Shown in pieces: positions 39,174 through 48,789 of a stretch of 64,000 nucleotides of DNA; position 1 is the stretch's first letter, and every line of letters starts with the position of its first letter. Below the pieces are notes generated by a model that made no database searches, was not told where the DNA came from, and worked only from the letters and a program-made list of their open reading frames with translations. The position numbers and the translations under genes were made by a program. This DNA comes from an uncultured delta proteobacterium (GTDB taxonomy: Bacteria > Desulfobacterota > Binatia > Binatales > Binataceae): contig CAWEEQ010000004.1 in the NCBI GenBank assembly GCA_963808235.1, positions 2,656,001 to 2,720,000 on the forward strand, in the 5' to 3' direction.

Positions 39174-41651
39174 CTACACTAAAACGTTCGCGCTCTTGAG
39201 TCTCGCAATTTCTTCGGCGCTGTAGCCGAGCAGATCGGTCAGCACCTCTTCGGTATTCTCGCCGATCGCCGGAGCGCCGCGATAGTCCAGATCGATCGCG
39301 CCGAACCGCACCGGAATTCCCGCCACTACGCGCTCGCCGACCTCGCTATGCTTCAATTTCACCAGCATCCCGGAATCCGCAAACGCCGGATCGTTCATCA
39401 ACTCAGGCGTGCTGTAAACGGGGCCCGCCGCAAGATCGAGTCCGCGGAGCTTGGCAACAAGCTCATCGCGATCGAAGCTGCGCGTGCGTGCGGCAATAGC
39501 CCGCTCGAGTTCCTCGAGATTGGAAAGGCGCCCCGCAACTTTTGCGAACCTTGGATCGGCGGCCATCGCCGATATGCCGAGCGTCTCGCACAGCTTCGCG
39601 AATTCCTCGTCCGCGGCGATCGCAATCGCGATCCACTTGTCGTCGCCAGCCACTGGGAACACTCCGTGCGGCGCCATCGATTCGTCGCGATTTCCCGCCC
39701 CGCCCTGGTCGCGCCCGTTCATCAGAAAATCCATCATTGCCTCGGGCATCATCGTGGTGACCATCTCGGCCATCGACAGATCGAGATACTGCCCCTCGCC
39801 GGTGCGATCGCGATGGTGCAACGCGGCCAGCAGGAAGAACACCATCCCGGTGCCCACCGCGAAATCGGGCCAGGTGCCGCCGATCCCGCACGGAAACGAA
39901 TCCGGATAACCGGTGATATGGCACAGCCCCGCGAATGCCTGCGTCGTCGGGCCGAATCCCACCGTCCGCGCGAACGGTCCATCCTGTCCGAGCGGCGTTC
40001 CGCTCAGCATGATGAGGTCCGGTTTGATCTTGATCAGATCGTCGTAGCCAAGTCCGTACTTGGCCATGTTACCGACCGTGAAATTCTCCGTGACGAAATC
40101 ACTGCGCATGATTATTTTACGCGCGATCTCCCGTGCCTCCGGCTCCACCAAATTCAGCGCAACGCTGCGCCGCGATGTATTGATCGCGTGGAACACTCCG
40201 CTCCGGTTGAATCCGGGCACGCCATCCGTCCCGGTCAGAAATCGCACCAGGTCCGGCGCCAGCGCGCTCTCGATTCGTATGACGTCGGCTCCCAAGGCGC
40301 CCAGCCACGCCGTCGTGTGCGGGACCGCGAAGATCCATCCGAAGTCCGCTATCCGGATTCCTTCGAGCGGCCGCCTTGCCTTCACCCGATCCGTCTTCCT
40401 TCCAAACTCGCTCGATCCCGCTTCGACTCGCTTCGGTCGCCCGCCGAGAATCTGCTGATTGTGCTCGCCAATGCGCGGCGCACCACGCACGATTCGCCAT
40501 GGCGTGCTCGAGAACTTGCAAGGCGCGCCGGGCATCCGCACTTCGCCCGCCGCCGAATTCTCTTGCGCGACGAAAAACCGTCGTGCCTTGTACTGCTCGT
40601 TGCTCGCGACTTCCGCCGGAGTATGAACCGGGAAGCACGGCACATGCTCCGTCTGGGCCTTTTCGAAAGCCTCAGCTCGCGTATGCGAAGATAGCCAGTC
40701 GATTACTCCGGCTTCGACCGCGTCAATGTGCGCAACCCGTCCGAGCACGGTCTGGAATAGCTCGACGTCCATCCACTCGGGACTACCCATCGCCTTCTTC
40801 GCGCCGCGCCAGAACCGATCGGTTCCAACGCTGAAGCTGACCCATCCGTCCTTGCACGGATAAACCCACTGCCCGCTGGTCTTGAAACGCGTAGTCAGTC
40901 GTTGAAACGCCGCCGAGTCGTGCGCCTCATGAGAGTAAAATCCGAGATTGGGCCGAATCATGCTGATCATCGCGAGCCACTGGCTCACATCCACATGCTG
41001 GCCGGCGCCATTAGCCTTTCGACTATATAGTGCGCACATCGCGGCCGCCGCGGCTGTATAGCCAGTCAAATAGTCAGATTGCCTTCCGCCCAGCTTCAGC
41101 GGCGGTTGATTCGGCGGATCGGTCACCTGATGCCAGGGCGTCTCGTAACCCACTCCGCTCATATGAGTCGAGACGAGATCGCCGCCGCGGAGATTTTTGT
41201 ACCGCGATTCGGCGCCGAAAAAAGTCACCGAGACCACGATCAGCTTTGGAAATCGCGCCGTCAGCGTGCGCCAGTCGATCCCGAGACTCTCGTTCAGTTC
41301 GGGACGATTCGGATTGAAGACAATATCGGCGTCGACGAGCAAATCGAACAGCTGATCGCGGCTGCGCCGGTCTTCCAGGTCGAGCGTCACGCCGAGCTTG
41401 TTGGTGTTCAAATAAAGATGAAGCCCGCCGGTTTCGAGGTCGGATATCGAATCGCGAAACGGTCCGAGTGCGCGCTCCTTTGAGCCTGTTTGCGGCGGCT
41501 CGACTTTGATTACTTCCGCCCCAAAATCGGCGAACGACTTCGCCGCCATCGCCGCCGCCAGGAACGGCATCGTATCGAGACTCGGCAGCTCGACGACCCT
41601 CAGATCATCGAGCGCGCGCGGCTGATTCCGGGACTCCTCGAATCGCGCCAT
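39174..41651 (-). CDS. Tandem two-domain family III (CaiB/BaiF) CoA-transferase
   Basis: Two repeats of GA(E/D)VI(K/R)(V/I)E, G.GQ..D.S and AP.IGE.(N/T) motifs. Confidence 0.92.
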   Translation of the reverse strand: MARFEESRNQPRALDDLRVVELPSLDTMPFLAAAMAAKSFADFGAEVIKVEPPQTGSKERALGPFRDSISDLETGGLHLYLNTNKLGVTLDLEDRRSRDQLFDLLVDADIVFNPNRPELNESLGIDWRTLTARFPKLIVVSVTFFGAESRYKNLRGGDLVSTHMSGVGYETPWHQVTDPPNQPPLKLGGRQSDYLTGYTAAAAAMCALYSRKANGAGQHVDVSQWLAMISMIRPNLGFYSHEAHDSAAFQRLTTRFKTSGQWVYPCKDGWVSFSVGTDRFWRGAKKAMGSPEWMDVELFQTVLGRVAHIDAVEAGVIDWLSSHTRAEAFEKAQTEHVPCFPVHTPAEVASNEQYKARRFFVAQENSAAGEVRMPGAPCKFSSTPWRIVRGAPRIGEHNQQILGGRPKRVEAGSSEFGRKTDRVKARRPLEGIRIADFGWIFAVPHTTAWLGALGADVIRIESALAPDLVRFLTGTDGVPGFNRSGVFHAINTSRRSVALNLVEPEAREIARKIIMRSDFVTENFTVGNMAKYGLGYDDLIKIKPDLIMLSGTPLGQDGPFARTVGFGPTTQAFAGLCHITGYPDSFPCGIGGTWPDFAVGTGMVFFLLAALHHRDRTGEGQYLDLSMAEMVTTMMPEAMMDFLMNGRDQGGAGNRDESMAPHGVFPVAGDDKWIAIAIAADEEFAKLCETLGISAMAADPRFAKVAGRLSNLEELERAIAARTRSFDRDELVAKLRGLDLAAGPVYSTPELMNDPAFADSGMLVKLKHSEVGERVVAGIPVRFGAIDLDYRGAPAIGENTEEVLTDLLGYSAEEIARLKSANVLV

Positions 41652-41658
41652 GGCTAAG

Positions 41659-42351
41659 TTACTCGACCCGCTCCGCTTTCAAATTGTCGATGAGGTCGAT
41701 CAACTCAGCCATCGTGCGAATCACGTGGTCCGGTTTGAATTGCGAGTGACTCTGCAGGTAGCCGAACGACGCCGCACCTGTTGCCACCGCAACCGACGCG
41801 CCGTAGCCGGCATTGATCGCCGCCATGATGTCGCGCGGCTCGTCGCCGACATACATGCACGCGCGCGGATGCATCGCGGCCTTCAGCGCCGTCTGTTTGA
41901 GGCTCTGGGTCTTGTCGAGCGCGCGCAGCGACGTCGTTGTCTGCGTCACGACGTGATCCAGGTATGACGCGAGCCCCACCATCGCGAGCTTCTCGACCAG
42001 CCGCTGCGAATCTCCCGGACGGCTGGTGATCACGGCGGTCGCATAGCCGCGCCGCTTAAGCTCCGCCAGCGTTTCCTGCACATGCGGCAGCACTTCGAGG
42101 CGTTCGGTCTTGTCGATTTCCGCGAGAAAGTATGCGTACGCAAGCTTCGCGTACTCGGGCCGCAGATGCTCCGGCACGCCGAGCCACACGTCGTCGGCCG
42201 CGAGCGCCTCGCGAAATCGCTCGTGCGTTAGCGGAGGTTCGTGGCCGAGTTCGTCGAGCGCACTCTTGGCGGCGATATACAGCGGTCCGTGGATATCGAC
42301 CAGGGTGCCGTCGAGATCGAAGAAGACCGCCTTGAATTCGCGCGATGCCAA
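41659..42351 (-). CDS. HAD family hydrolase (phosphoglycolate phosphatase-like)
   Basis: FDLDGTLVD motif I, ITS motif II, YVGDEPRD motif IV. Confidence 0.88.
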   Translation of the reverse strand: MASREFKAVFFDLDGTLVDIHGPLYIAAKSALDELGHEPPLTHERFREALAADDVWLGVPEHLRPEYAKLAYAYFLAEIDKTERLEVLPHVQETLAELKRRGYATAVITSRPGDSQRLVEKLAMVGLASYLDHVVTQTTTSLRALDKTQSLKQTALKAAMHPRACMYVGDEPRDIMAAINAGYGASVAVATGAASFGYLQSHSQFKPDHVIRTMAELIDLIDNLKAERVE

Positions 42352-42456
42352 AGAGTTCCTCGCTATTGCCGAAATCGAGCCGTGAGAAATGCCGGGTCAG
42401 CGACTGACCCAGCCCTCTTTGAACCCTTTTGTTTCCGCACTTGTCAAGTTGCGGGC

Positions 42457-44598
42457 TCACTCGCCCGGTTGATACAGCAGCCGGTATTCGCGCCGCCCGC
42501 CGATCACTTTCTTCACGTACTCGCGGGTCTCCTTGTACGCGATATTCTCTACCCACTCGTCATCGTCGCCCGGAGATTCGGACATCCATTTTGCGACCGC
42601 GTGCTCGCCGCCGTTGTACGCCGCCACCGCATGGAATGCGTTGCCGCGGAACATCTCGAACAGGCTCTTCAGATAGGTCGTGCCCAGGTCAACATTGATC
42701 GACGGGTCATAGAGCGGGATCGCGTCCGTACTCATCCCGCGTTCAGCCGCGACTTTTTTCGCTGTTGAGGGAATCAGTTGCATCAAACCGCGCGCATTCG
42801 ACACCGAAGTCGCTTTCGGATTGAACAGGCTCTCCTGCCGCGCCAGCGCAAGCACCAGGTAGGGATCGAGCGCCAACCGCGTCGATGCGGAATTGAAAAG
42901 ATCCCAGTACGCACGAGGATAGCGAACGCGCTCGGCAGTGGCGTGATCGAGCTGCCCGAATTTCTCCATCCGCGTCGAGGCCTGTATCGCGTCGTACCAT
43001 GCGTCGGCGCTCGCGAACCCGGCCAGCACGAATCGCCGCATCTCGCGCGAGTCTCCGCTGGCCTCGAGTGCCTTCAACTCTCCGGGCTCCAATTCTTTGA
43101 GTCCCATCGCACGAAGCGCATTCAGCCGCGCCAAGTGATAGTCGGCAGCGCCCGAAACCGCCGGCGAACCGCTGAACTCCGGATCGGACGCCGACGACGC
43201 CGGAAGATATGGATTCGCCGCCGCGACGCGACGGCTTGCGAGCTCCGGATAGTAGTTGCTGTCGGTACTCTCAGCGAGCTTCACGAATAGCGACCGCGCG
43301 ACATCGGCGTCGCCCGCTTTTTCAAGCGCCCGCGCATGCCAGTAATCGCACATGTCGCGATCGGTCGGTTCCTTCGCATGAGTGCGAGCGGTCAGGAATC
43401 CCGCCGCTGCGCCCCGATAGTCACGCGCGAGATACAATGTCCACGGCGCGCGAAATCGTGCCTCCTCGGCGGCGTCGCTGTTCGGATAGCGCGCCGCGAG
43501 TTTCCGATACTCCGCGCGCGCCGAATCGAGCTTGTGCTCCTCTTCGAAAATCTTGCCGATTCGCAGCATCGCGCCCGGCGCGCGCTCATTCGCAGGAAAT
43601 TCCGCGACCAGACGGCTCAGCGCCTCACGCGCAGGGGCGTAATCATTGTCATGCCAATAAATCAGCGCGAGCGCTTCCAGAGCCGCCGCGGCGTCCGGGC
43701 CGCGCGGTGCGATTTGCAGATACTCCAGGATCGCGCGCTTGGCGCGGTCCGGATCGGGCTTCTGCGCGCGCGCCTGGACCCAAACCAGCTCCGCGCGTAT
43801 TGATTCCTCGGGCGCCATCGCGAGCCCCATTTCCGCCTGTTCGTTCGCCTCAGCCAGGGCGCCTTCGCGGAGCAGCAACGCCGCTTCGCCACGATGGTAC
43901 GTGAGCGACCGCGTATCCACGACTCCCGGATTCGACGCGAGAATCGAACTCACCAGCGAGCGCGCCTCAGCGTCCGCATCGGAGCGCGGATACCTGTCGC
44001 GCAATTCCATCAACTGCGTGTACGCGGCCTGCGGCTTCCCGAGCGCGATCCACGCCCGCGCCTCGACGATTCGCGCGCCCTGCTCTATCGACGGCTCGGG
44101 ATGCCGCCCGAGCAGCCGTGTCGCAACGGCCACCGCCTCAAAACTGCGCCCGAGCTTCACCAAATTTTGCCCGAGCAACAGCTCAGCCTGATCGCGCGTC
44201 ACGCTCTGCGGATACGAACTGACCAGCCGTTGAAGCGTCTCAGCCGACCCGGCCAAATCGCCCTGATCGTGTTGCGCGAGCGCCAGGTAATAGAGCGCAT
44301 AGTCGCCGAGCGCGGGAAAATGATCGGCCGCAAATTTCAGCCGCTCGATCGCGCGCGCATTGTCATGACCCTGGTAGGCCCGATACCCATCAAGAAACGC
44401 AGCCCGCGGATCTGATGACTGCTCGGATGCCGTCGCCGCTGACGGCGTCGAAGCAGACGACGTCGCATTCGCGCTCGGCGCAGCGACTTGAGCGGATGCA
44501 ACCGGCGCATCAGCCCGCGCGGGCGCCGAGGCGCATCCCGCCAACTGCATCCCACACAGCATCACCACCACCATCGCGGACCGCCCATTCACTTTCAT
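42457..44598 (-). CDS. slt: Soluble lytic murein transglycosylase with TPR repeats (lipoprotein)
   Basis: Lipobox LAGC; TPR superhelix; SLT motifs RQESLF, ARGLMQL, AAYNGG, ETREYVKKV. Confidence 0.9.
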   Translation of the reverse strand: MKVNGRSAMVVVMLCGMQLAGCASAPARADAPVASAQVAAPSANATSSASTPSAATASEQSSDPRAAFLDGYRAYQGHDNARAIERLKFAADHFPALGDYALYYLALAQHDQGDLAGSAETLQRLVSSYPQSVTRDQAELLLGQNLVKLGRSFEAVAVATRLLGRHPEPSIEQGARIVEARAWIALGKPQAAYTQLMELRDRYPRSDADAEARSLVSSILASNPGVVDTRSLTYHRGEAALLLREGALAEANEQAEMGLAMAPEESIRAELVWVQARAQKPDPDRAKRAILEYLQIAPRGPDAAAALEALALIYWHDNDYAPAREALSRLVAEFPANERAPGAMLRIGKIFEEEHKLDSARAEYRKLAARYPNSDAAEEARFRAPWTLYLARDYRGAAAGFLTARTHAKEPTDRDMCDYWHARALEKAGDADVARSLFVKLAESTDSNYYPELASRRVAAANPYLPASSASDPEFSGSPAVSGAADYHLARLNALRAMGLKELEPGELKALEASGDSREMRRFVLAGFASADAWYDAIQASTRMEKFGQLDHATAERVRYPRAYWDLFNSASTRLALDPYLVLALARQESLFNPKATSVSNARGLMQLIPSTAKKVAAERGMSTDAIPLYDPSINVDLGTTYLKSLFEMFRGNAFHAVAAYNGGEHAVAKWMSESPGDDDEWVENIAYKETREYVKKVIGGRREYRLLYQPGE

Positions 44599-44698
44599 CC
44601 GATCTGGGTTAGCGCATGCTCGGAGCCGCTTCAATTGCTTGAGTTTCGGGGTGGCGATGCGCGATAAGTGGATTTGCGCGCAGGAGACAGTGAGATCC

Positions 44699-45826
44699 AT
44701 GTTCAACGGCATCAAGGTGATCGACGCTGACGGCCACGTGATGGAGCCGAACGAACTCTACGACCAATACCTCGAGAGCAAGTTCAAACCCGACCTCGAG
44801 GAACTCAAGAAGGTCGCGGCGACGCGCGCGTCGAAATACTTCTTCGGCTATTTCCATCAGTTGAATACCGGGCGGCCGCTCGGCGTGGCGCAGGTCGACA
44901 AGCCGCTGATGCGCACCGGGCGCAAGCCCCACGGCGAGACGCCGGATGTGCGCGGTGGCTTCGATCCGCAGATCAGAATCAAGGACATGGATCGCGAGGG
45001 AATCGACGTCGGGGTGCTGTTTGCAACGGTCGTGTCGAGCTTCTGCGCGCTCAAGAGCGTCGATTTCGAAGTCGCGATGATCCGCGCGTACCATCGATGG
45101 CTCGCCGACTATTGCTCGGCGTATCCCGACCGGCTGAAGGGCGTCGCCGTGGTGCCGATGCGCGCGCCCGAGCGCGCAGCCGAAGAGATTCGCCGTGTCG
45201 CGAAAGAACCGTGGGCGGTCGGCATCTACCTGTCGTCGCACATGGAAGAGAAGCTGCTCGACCATCCGGGGTTCCATCCAATTTGGCAGGCCTGCGTCGA
45301 TACCGATTTGCCGGCATGCTTTCACGGCGGCACCGCGCGTCCACCGTATGGCCTCGGCACGTTTGAGATGGGCAACAATCTTTTCATCCAGCACTCGGCG
45401 ACCAATCCGTTCGAAGTGATGCGCGGGATTGCGGCGTTCGTCGGCGGCGGCGTGCTCGACACTTTTCCAAAGCTGCGCGCCGCGTTTCTGGAGGCTGGTG
45501 TGGGATGGCTGCCGTTCTGGATGGAGCGGCTCGACGAGCACTACGAGCTGATGCCGGAGTACGTGCCGTTTCTGCATCGCAAACCGTCAGAGGTGATTCG
45601 CAGCGAGAATTTTTTCATCTCATGCGATCCCGACGAGGAGACGCTGCCGTATGTCGTCAACGCGGTCGGCGCGGAGCACATCCTGTACGCGTCGGATTAT
45701 CCGCACTTCGACGGCAGGTTTCCTGAGACTGTGAGCCTGACCGCCGGGCGCAAAGAGTTCGACGCTGGCGTTCGCCGGAAAATCCTGCACGAAAATCCGA
45801 CTCGGCTGTATACACGGCTCAAGTAG
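44699..45826 (+). CDS. Amidohydrolase_2 family protein
   Basis: IDADGHVMEP, FH, LEAG.GW.P, YASDYPH motifs. Confidence 0.9.
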   Translation: MFNGIKVIDADGHVMEPNELYDQYLESKFKPDLEELKKVAATRASKYFFGYFHQLNTGRPLGVAQVDKPLMRTGRKPHGETPDVRGGFDPQIRIKDMDREGIDVGVLFATVVSSFCALKSVDFEVAMIRAYHRWLADYCSAYPDRLKGVAVVPMRAPERAAEEIRRVAKEPWAVGIYLSSHMEEKLLDHPGFHPIWQACVDTDLPACFHGGTARPPYGLGTFEMGNNLFIQHSATNPFEVMRGIAAFVGGGVLDTFPKLRAAFLEAGVGWLPFWMERLDEHYELMPEYVPFLHRKPSEVIRSENFFISCDPDEETLPYVVNAVGAEHILYASDYPHFDGRFPETVSLTAGRKEFDAGVRRKILHENPTRLYTRLK

Positions 45827-45837
45827 TAGAAACCGAT

Positions 45838-46380
45838 ATGGCTTCAGCCGCATTAGGGATACGCGGCGGACACGTCACCAACCTCCTCAGTCTCGGTATA
45901 GGGTGGTTCGCGTGCGTCGCCGGCGCGGCCAACGGAACGCCGGCGTACGGCATCGCGGTTGCGGCGATGCTGCTCGCGCTGAATATCCTGATCGCCGAAG
46001 ATCCGATTCATGAAGCGCGCGTGATCGTGGAGGTCGGCGCGATTGGATTTCTGATCGACACGACGCTTGGGTTGGCGGGCGTCTTCGTTTTCCATCCGGG
46101 AACGATCGATCCGCGCTGTCCGATATGGCTGGTCGCGCTCTGGATGATGTTCGGGAGCACGTTGACCGCGTCGCTCGCACGGCTCGCCGCGCGCGTTGCG
46201 GTCGCGTCGATCACGGGCGCGATGGCGGCGCCGCTCAGCTATCTAGCGGCGTCAAGGATGGGCGCGTTTGCGATTCCGGGACTCGTCGCGCCGCGGCTGG
46301 TCATCATCGCGATCGTGTGGGCGGTAGTTTTTCCGAGCCTGCTGAAGCTCGCGAATCGGCGCGAGCCTTCGACAATTTGA
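45838..46380 (+). CDS. DUF2878 family membrane protein
   Basis: GWFACV, G..ID, P.WL..LW..F, PLSY.A...GA motifs. Confidence 0.75.
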   Translation: MASAALGIRGGHVTNLLSLGIGWFACVAGAANGTPAYGIAVAAMLLALNILIAEDPIHEARVIVEVGAIGFLIDTTLGLAGVFVFHPGTIDPRCPIWLVALWMMFGSTLTASLARLAARVAVASITGAMAAPLSYLAASRMGAFAIPGLVAPRLVIIAIVWAVVFPSLLKLANRREPSTI

Positions 46381-46381
46381 A

Positions 46382-47548
46382 TCAATCAACTTGGTGATCG
46401 ATCAGCGAGCCGCGTTCGGTTGCCGGAATTCCGTACGGGCCGAAGACGCGCGCGCGATAGTCGTCGTCGCGAGCGGCGCGCATGAGTGCGTCGCGGTCGC
46501 GCAGGATTCGCAACTGATCGCGGACATAATCGACCTGCCTTTCCACTTCGTACTTGCGGCCTTCGACGTAAAGGGAGAACGCGTCGGCGCTCAAATCGCC
46601 GGCGCGGAGCGCGTTGTCGGCGGCGAGTGCGGCGAGGCGTCCGGTGCGCATCGCGAACTCGTTGCCCTGACCCGTTATCGGCGAAAGGTATCCGGCCGCG
46701 TCGCCGACCAGGAGCAGGCGGTCCCTTGCGACGGCGCTCACGCGATATCCCAGCGGCGCCATCGACCATGTTTGGCCGCTGCGCTGCTCGCTCCTGATGC
46801 GCTCATAGAGCCATGGGTCGTGCTGTTTTGCGATTGACTCATAGAATTCGATCGCGCCCAGATGGTCTGTTTGTTTCGCCGCCAGGTCCGCTTCGAGAAT
46901 ATAGCGATATAACCCCGGCCGAATGCGCGAACCGGAGATCATCGCGCCGCGGACTCCATAGAGATGACGGTTCCAGGTATTAAGTGGAGTGCCTTCGAAT
47001 GATTTAAAAAAGACTGCGACGCCGATTTGGGAAAATTCCGGATCCTCGGACTTGAGATTCAGGGTGCGGAGCGATGGCGCATAACGGCCACCCGCGTCGA
47101 TGATCAAACGCGCGCTGATTTCGGAACGATCGAGGGTGCGCGCGATCGCCGAATCGTGGCGGAACTCAACGTCGGTGACCCGCGCGTTCCAGACCAACTT
47201 GCATCCAACCTCTACCAGCCGCTTGCGCAAGGCCGCATTGAACCCGCCGCGATCCACCTGCACGGCATACGGCGGATGCGGCATGGGATGGTAGGTCCAC
47301 GACAGATCGGGATAGACATTGCGAATTCCGGTTATCCGATCGAGGACCCAATCGCCTTCGAACTTGAGCCCGAGGGCGTCACATTCGTACTGAGTTATGG
47401 GCACCAGCACTTCGCCCGAAGTGATGTCCTCGCCATCCTCGCGCTCTTTGCGCTCGAGCGCGATCACCCGGTACCCGGCTTGAACGAGGCGGATGGCCGC
47501 CGCGCATCCAGCAGGTCCCGCCCCAATAACGATCACATCGGCGTCCAC
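46382..47548 (-). CDS. FAD-dependent oxidoreductase (geranylgeranyl reductase/halogenase-like)
   Basis: GAGPAG, DR..F, IDAGG, VGDAAG..SP.TGQG motifs. Confidence 0.88.
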   Translation of the reverse strand: MDADVIVIGAGPAGCAAAIRLVQAGYRVIALERKEREDGEDITSGEVLVPITQYECDALGLKFEGDWVLDRITGIRNVYPDLSWTYHPMPHPPYAVQVDRGGFNAALRKRLVEVGCKLVWNARVTDVEFRHDSAIARTLDRSEISARLIIDAGGRYAPSLRTLNLKSEDPEFSQIGVAVFFKSFEGTPLNTWNRHLYGVRGAMISGSRIRPGLYRYILEADLAAKQTDHLGAIEFYESIAKQHDPWLYERIRSEQRSGQTWSMAPLGYRVSAVARDRLLLVGDAAGYLSPITGQGNEFAMRTGRLAALAADNALRAGDLSADAFSLYVEGRKYEVERQVDYVRDQLRILRDRDALMRAARDDDYRARVFGPYGIPATERGSLIDHQVD

Positions 47549-47641
47549 GGTTGGATCAGTCTGTTGCCATGGTGATTCCGAAGCTCAAGCTAGTACAGAG
47601 GTTCTGATTGCGCCAACCTACCATTGGGCGCGCAATTCAAC

Positions 47642-47671
47642 TTGACTGCGATTCTTTGGACTCCTTATAGT
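47642..47671 (+). promoter_or_regulatory. Sigma70-type promoter upstream of nuoI
   Basis: TTGACT-N18-TATAGT. Confidence 0.6.
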
Positions 47672-47762
47672 TGGGCTTTGGAGTTCCTCCATACTCAGCG
47701 CCGCACCGATGCGGTGGTGCCGAAAAGCCTTCTGCGAGTTGGGATCTGGTGCTGGTTTATCG

Positions 47763-48470
47763 ATGAAAAGAAGCGAGGAAATGACCTTCTGGGAGCGGAT
47801 CTATATCCCCGAGATCCTGCACGGGCTGGCGATCACCACCTCCCATCTTCTGCGCAACTTCGCGCTGCATACTGCGCACCTGTTTGGATTCAAGAAGGAC
47901 GTTAACGCGACCTCGACGACCCAGTATCCCGAAGAACGCAAACACTACCCGGACAATTTTCGCGGCAGCCATCGGCTGACGCTGCGCGAGGACTCCTCGG
48001 TCCGATGCACCGCGTGCTTTCTGTGCGCGACCGCGTGCCCGGCGGAATGCATCTATATAGAAGCGGGCGAGTCGCCTGATCCGCATATCGAAAAATTCCC
48101 GGTGCGCTACGAAATCGACACCCTCCGATGCATCTACTGCGGGCTCTGCGTCGAGGCGTGCCCGTGCGACGCGATTCGAATGGACACCTACGTGCATCCG
48201 CGCATCTGGGGCTTTGACCGCCACGATTTCGTCGAAACCAAGGAGCAACTGATGCATCGGTCGCGCGTGCTCGCCGAGAAAGGACGCGACGGCAACATGG
48301 ACGAGATGCTGGCTTGGTACCGCCAGCAGGCCGAGGAGCTCTACGATCCGCAGCGCCCCGAGCTGAAGACCTATACCAATCGCGCCGTACCCAAGCACTA
48401 TGCCGAGGCGCCCGACCATATCGACGATCTCACCGTGATCGACCGGCATCGCGCGCGCACTCGAAAGTAG
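47763..48470 (+). CDS. nuoI: NADH-quinone oxidoreductase subunit I (stand-alone, C-terminally extended)
   Basis: QYPEE, FRG.H.L, CTACFLCATACP and RCIYCGLCVEACPCDAI (two 4Fe-4S sites). Confidence 0.9.
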   Translation: MKRSEEMTFWERIYIPEILHGLAITTSHLLRNFALHTAHLFGFKKDVNATSTTQYPEERKHYPDNFRGSHRLTLREDSSVRCTACFLCATACPAECIYIEAGESPDPHIEKFPVRYEIDTLRCIYCGLCVEACPCDAIRMDTYVHPRIWGFDRHDFVETKEQLMHRSRVLAEKGRDGNMDEMLAWYRQQAEELYDPQRPELKTYTNRAVPKHYAEAPDHIDDLTVIDRHRARTRK

Positions 48471-48474
48471 CAAA

Positions 48475-48720
48475 ATGACTCGAGTAACTATTGGGCTGAC
48501 GCTCGCGGGCCTGGTCGTGCTCTTTATCGCGTACGCGAAGGGAGTCGGCGTGATTCACGGCGGCGACGTGGTTGGCCACATGTACTGGGCGACCGCGGCG
48601 ATAACGCTGGTGGCGCTCGGCAATTTTATCGCGGTGGCGCATCTGGCGCGCTCCGAGCGGATGATCCAGGAGCTGCGCGCTCTGTGCGAAAAGAACGGCA
48701 TCGAGTACGGTGAAGACTAG
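48475..48720 (+). CDS. Small two-TM hypothetical protein
   Basis: 81 aa, two hydrophobic helices with His residues; 4 nt after nuoI. Confidence 0.65.
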   Translation: MTRVTIGLTLAGLVVLFIAYAKGVGVIHGGDVVGHMYWATAAITLVALGNFIAVAHLARSERMIQELRALCEKNGIEYGED

Positions 48721-48789
48721 ACTATACTTGGCAAGCTATACTTGAAGTGACCGACAACGCCGCGCGGCAATGGCCGTGGAGGTGATTCG

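Noticed and set aside
39348-40694. 448-aa plus-strand ORF
   Set aside because: Antisense shadow of the CoA-transferase
42394-42410. GGGTCAG-CGA-CTGACCC hairpin between slt and the HAD gene
   Set aside because: No U-tract on the coding (minus) strand; function unsupported
47624-47905. 93-aa ORF upstream of and overlapping nuoI as a possible nuoB remnant
   Set aside because: No NuoB motifs (CC..E, GCPP); it overlaps the predicted promoter and nuoI
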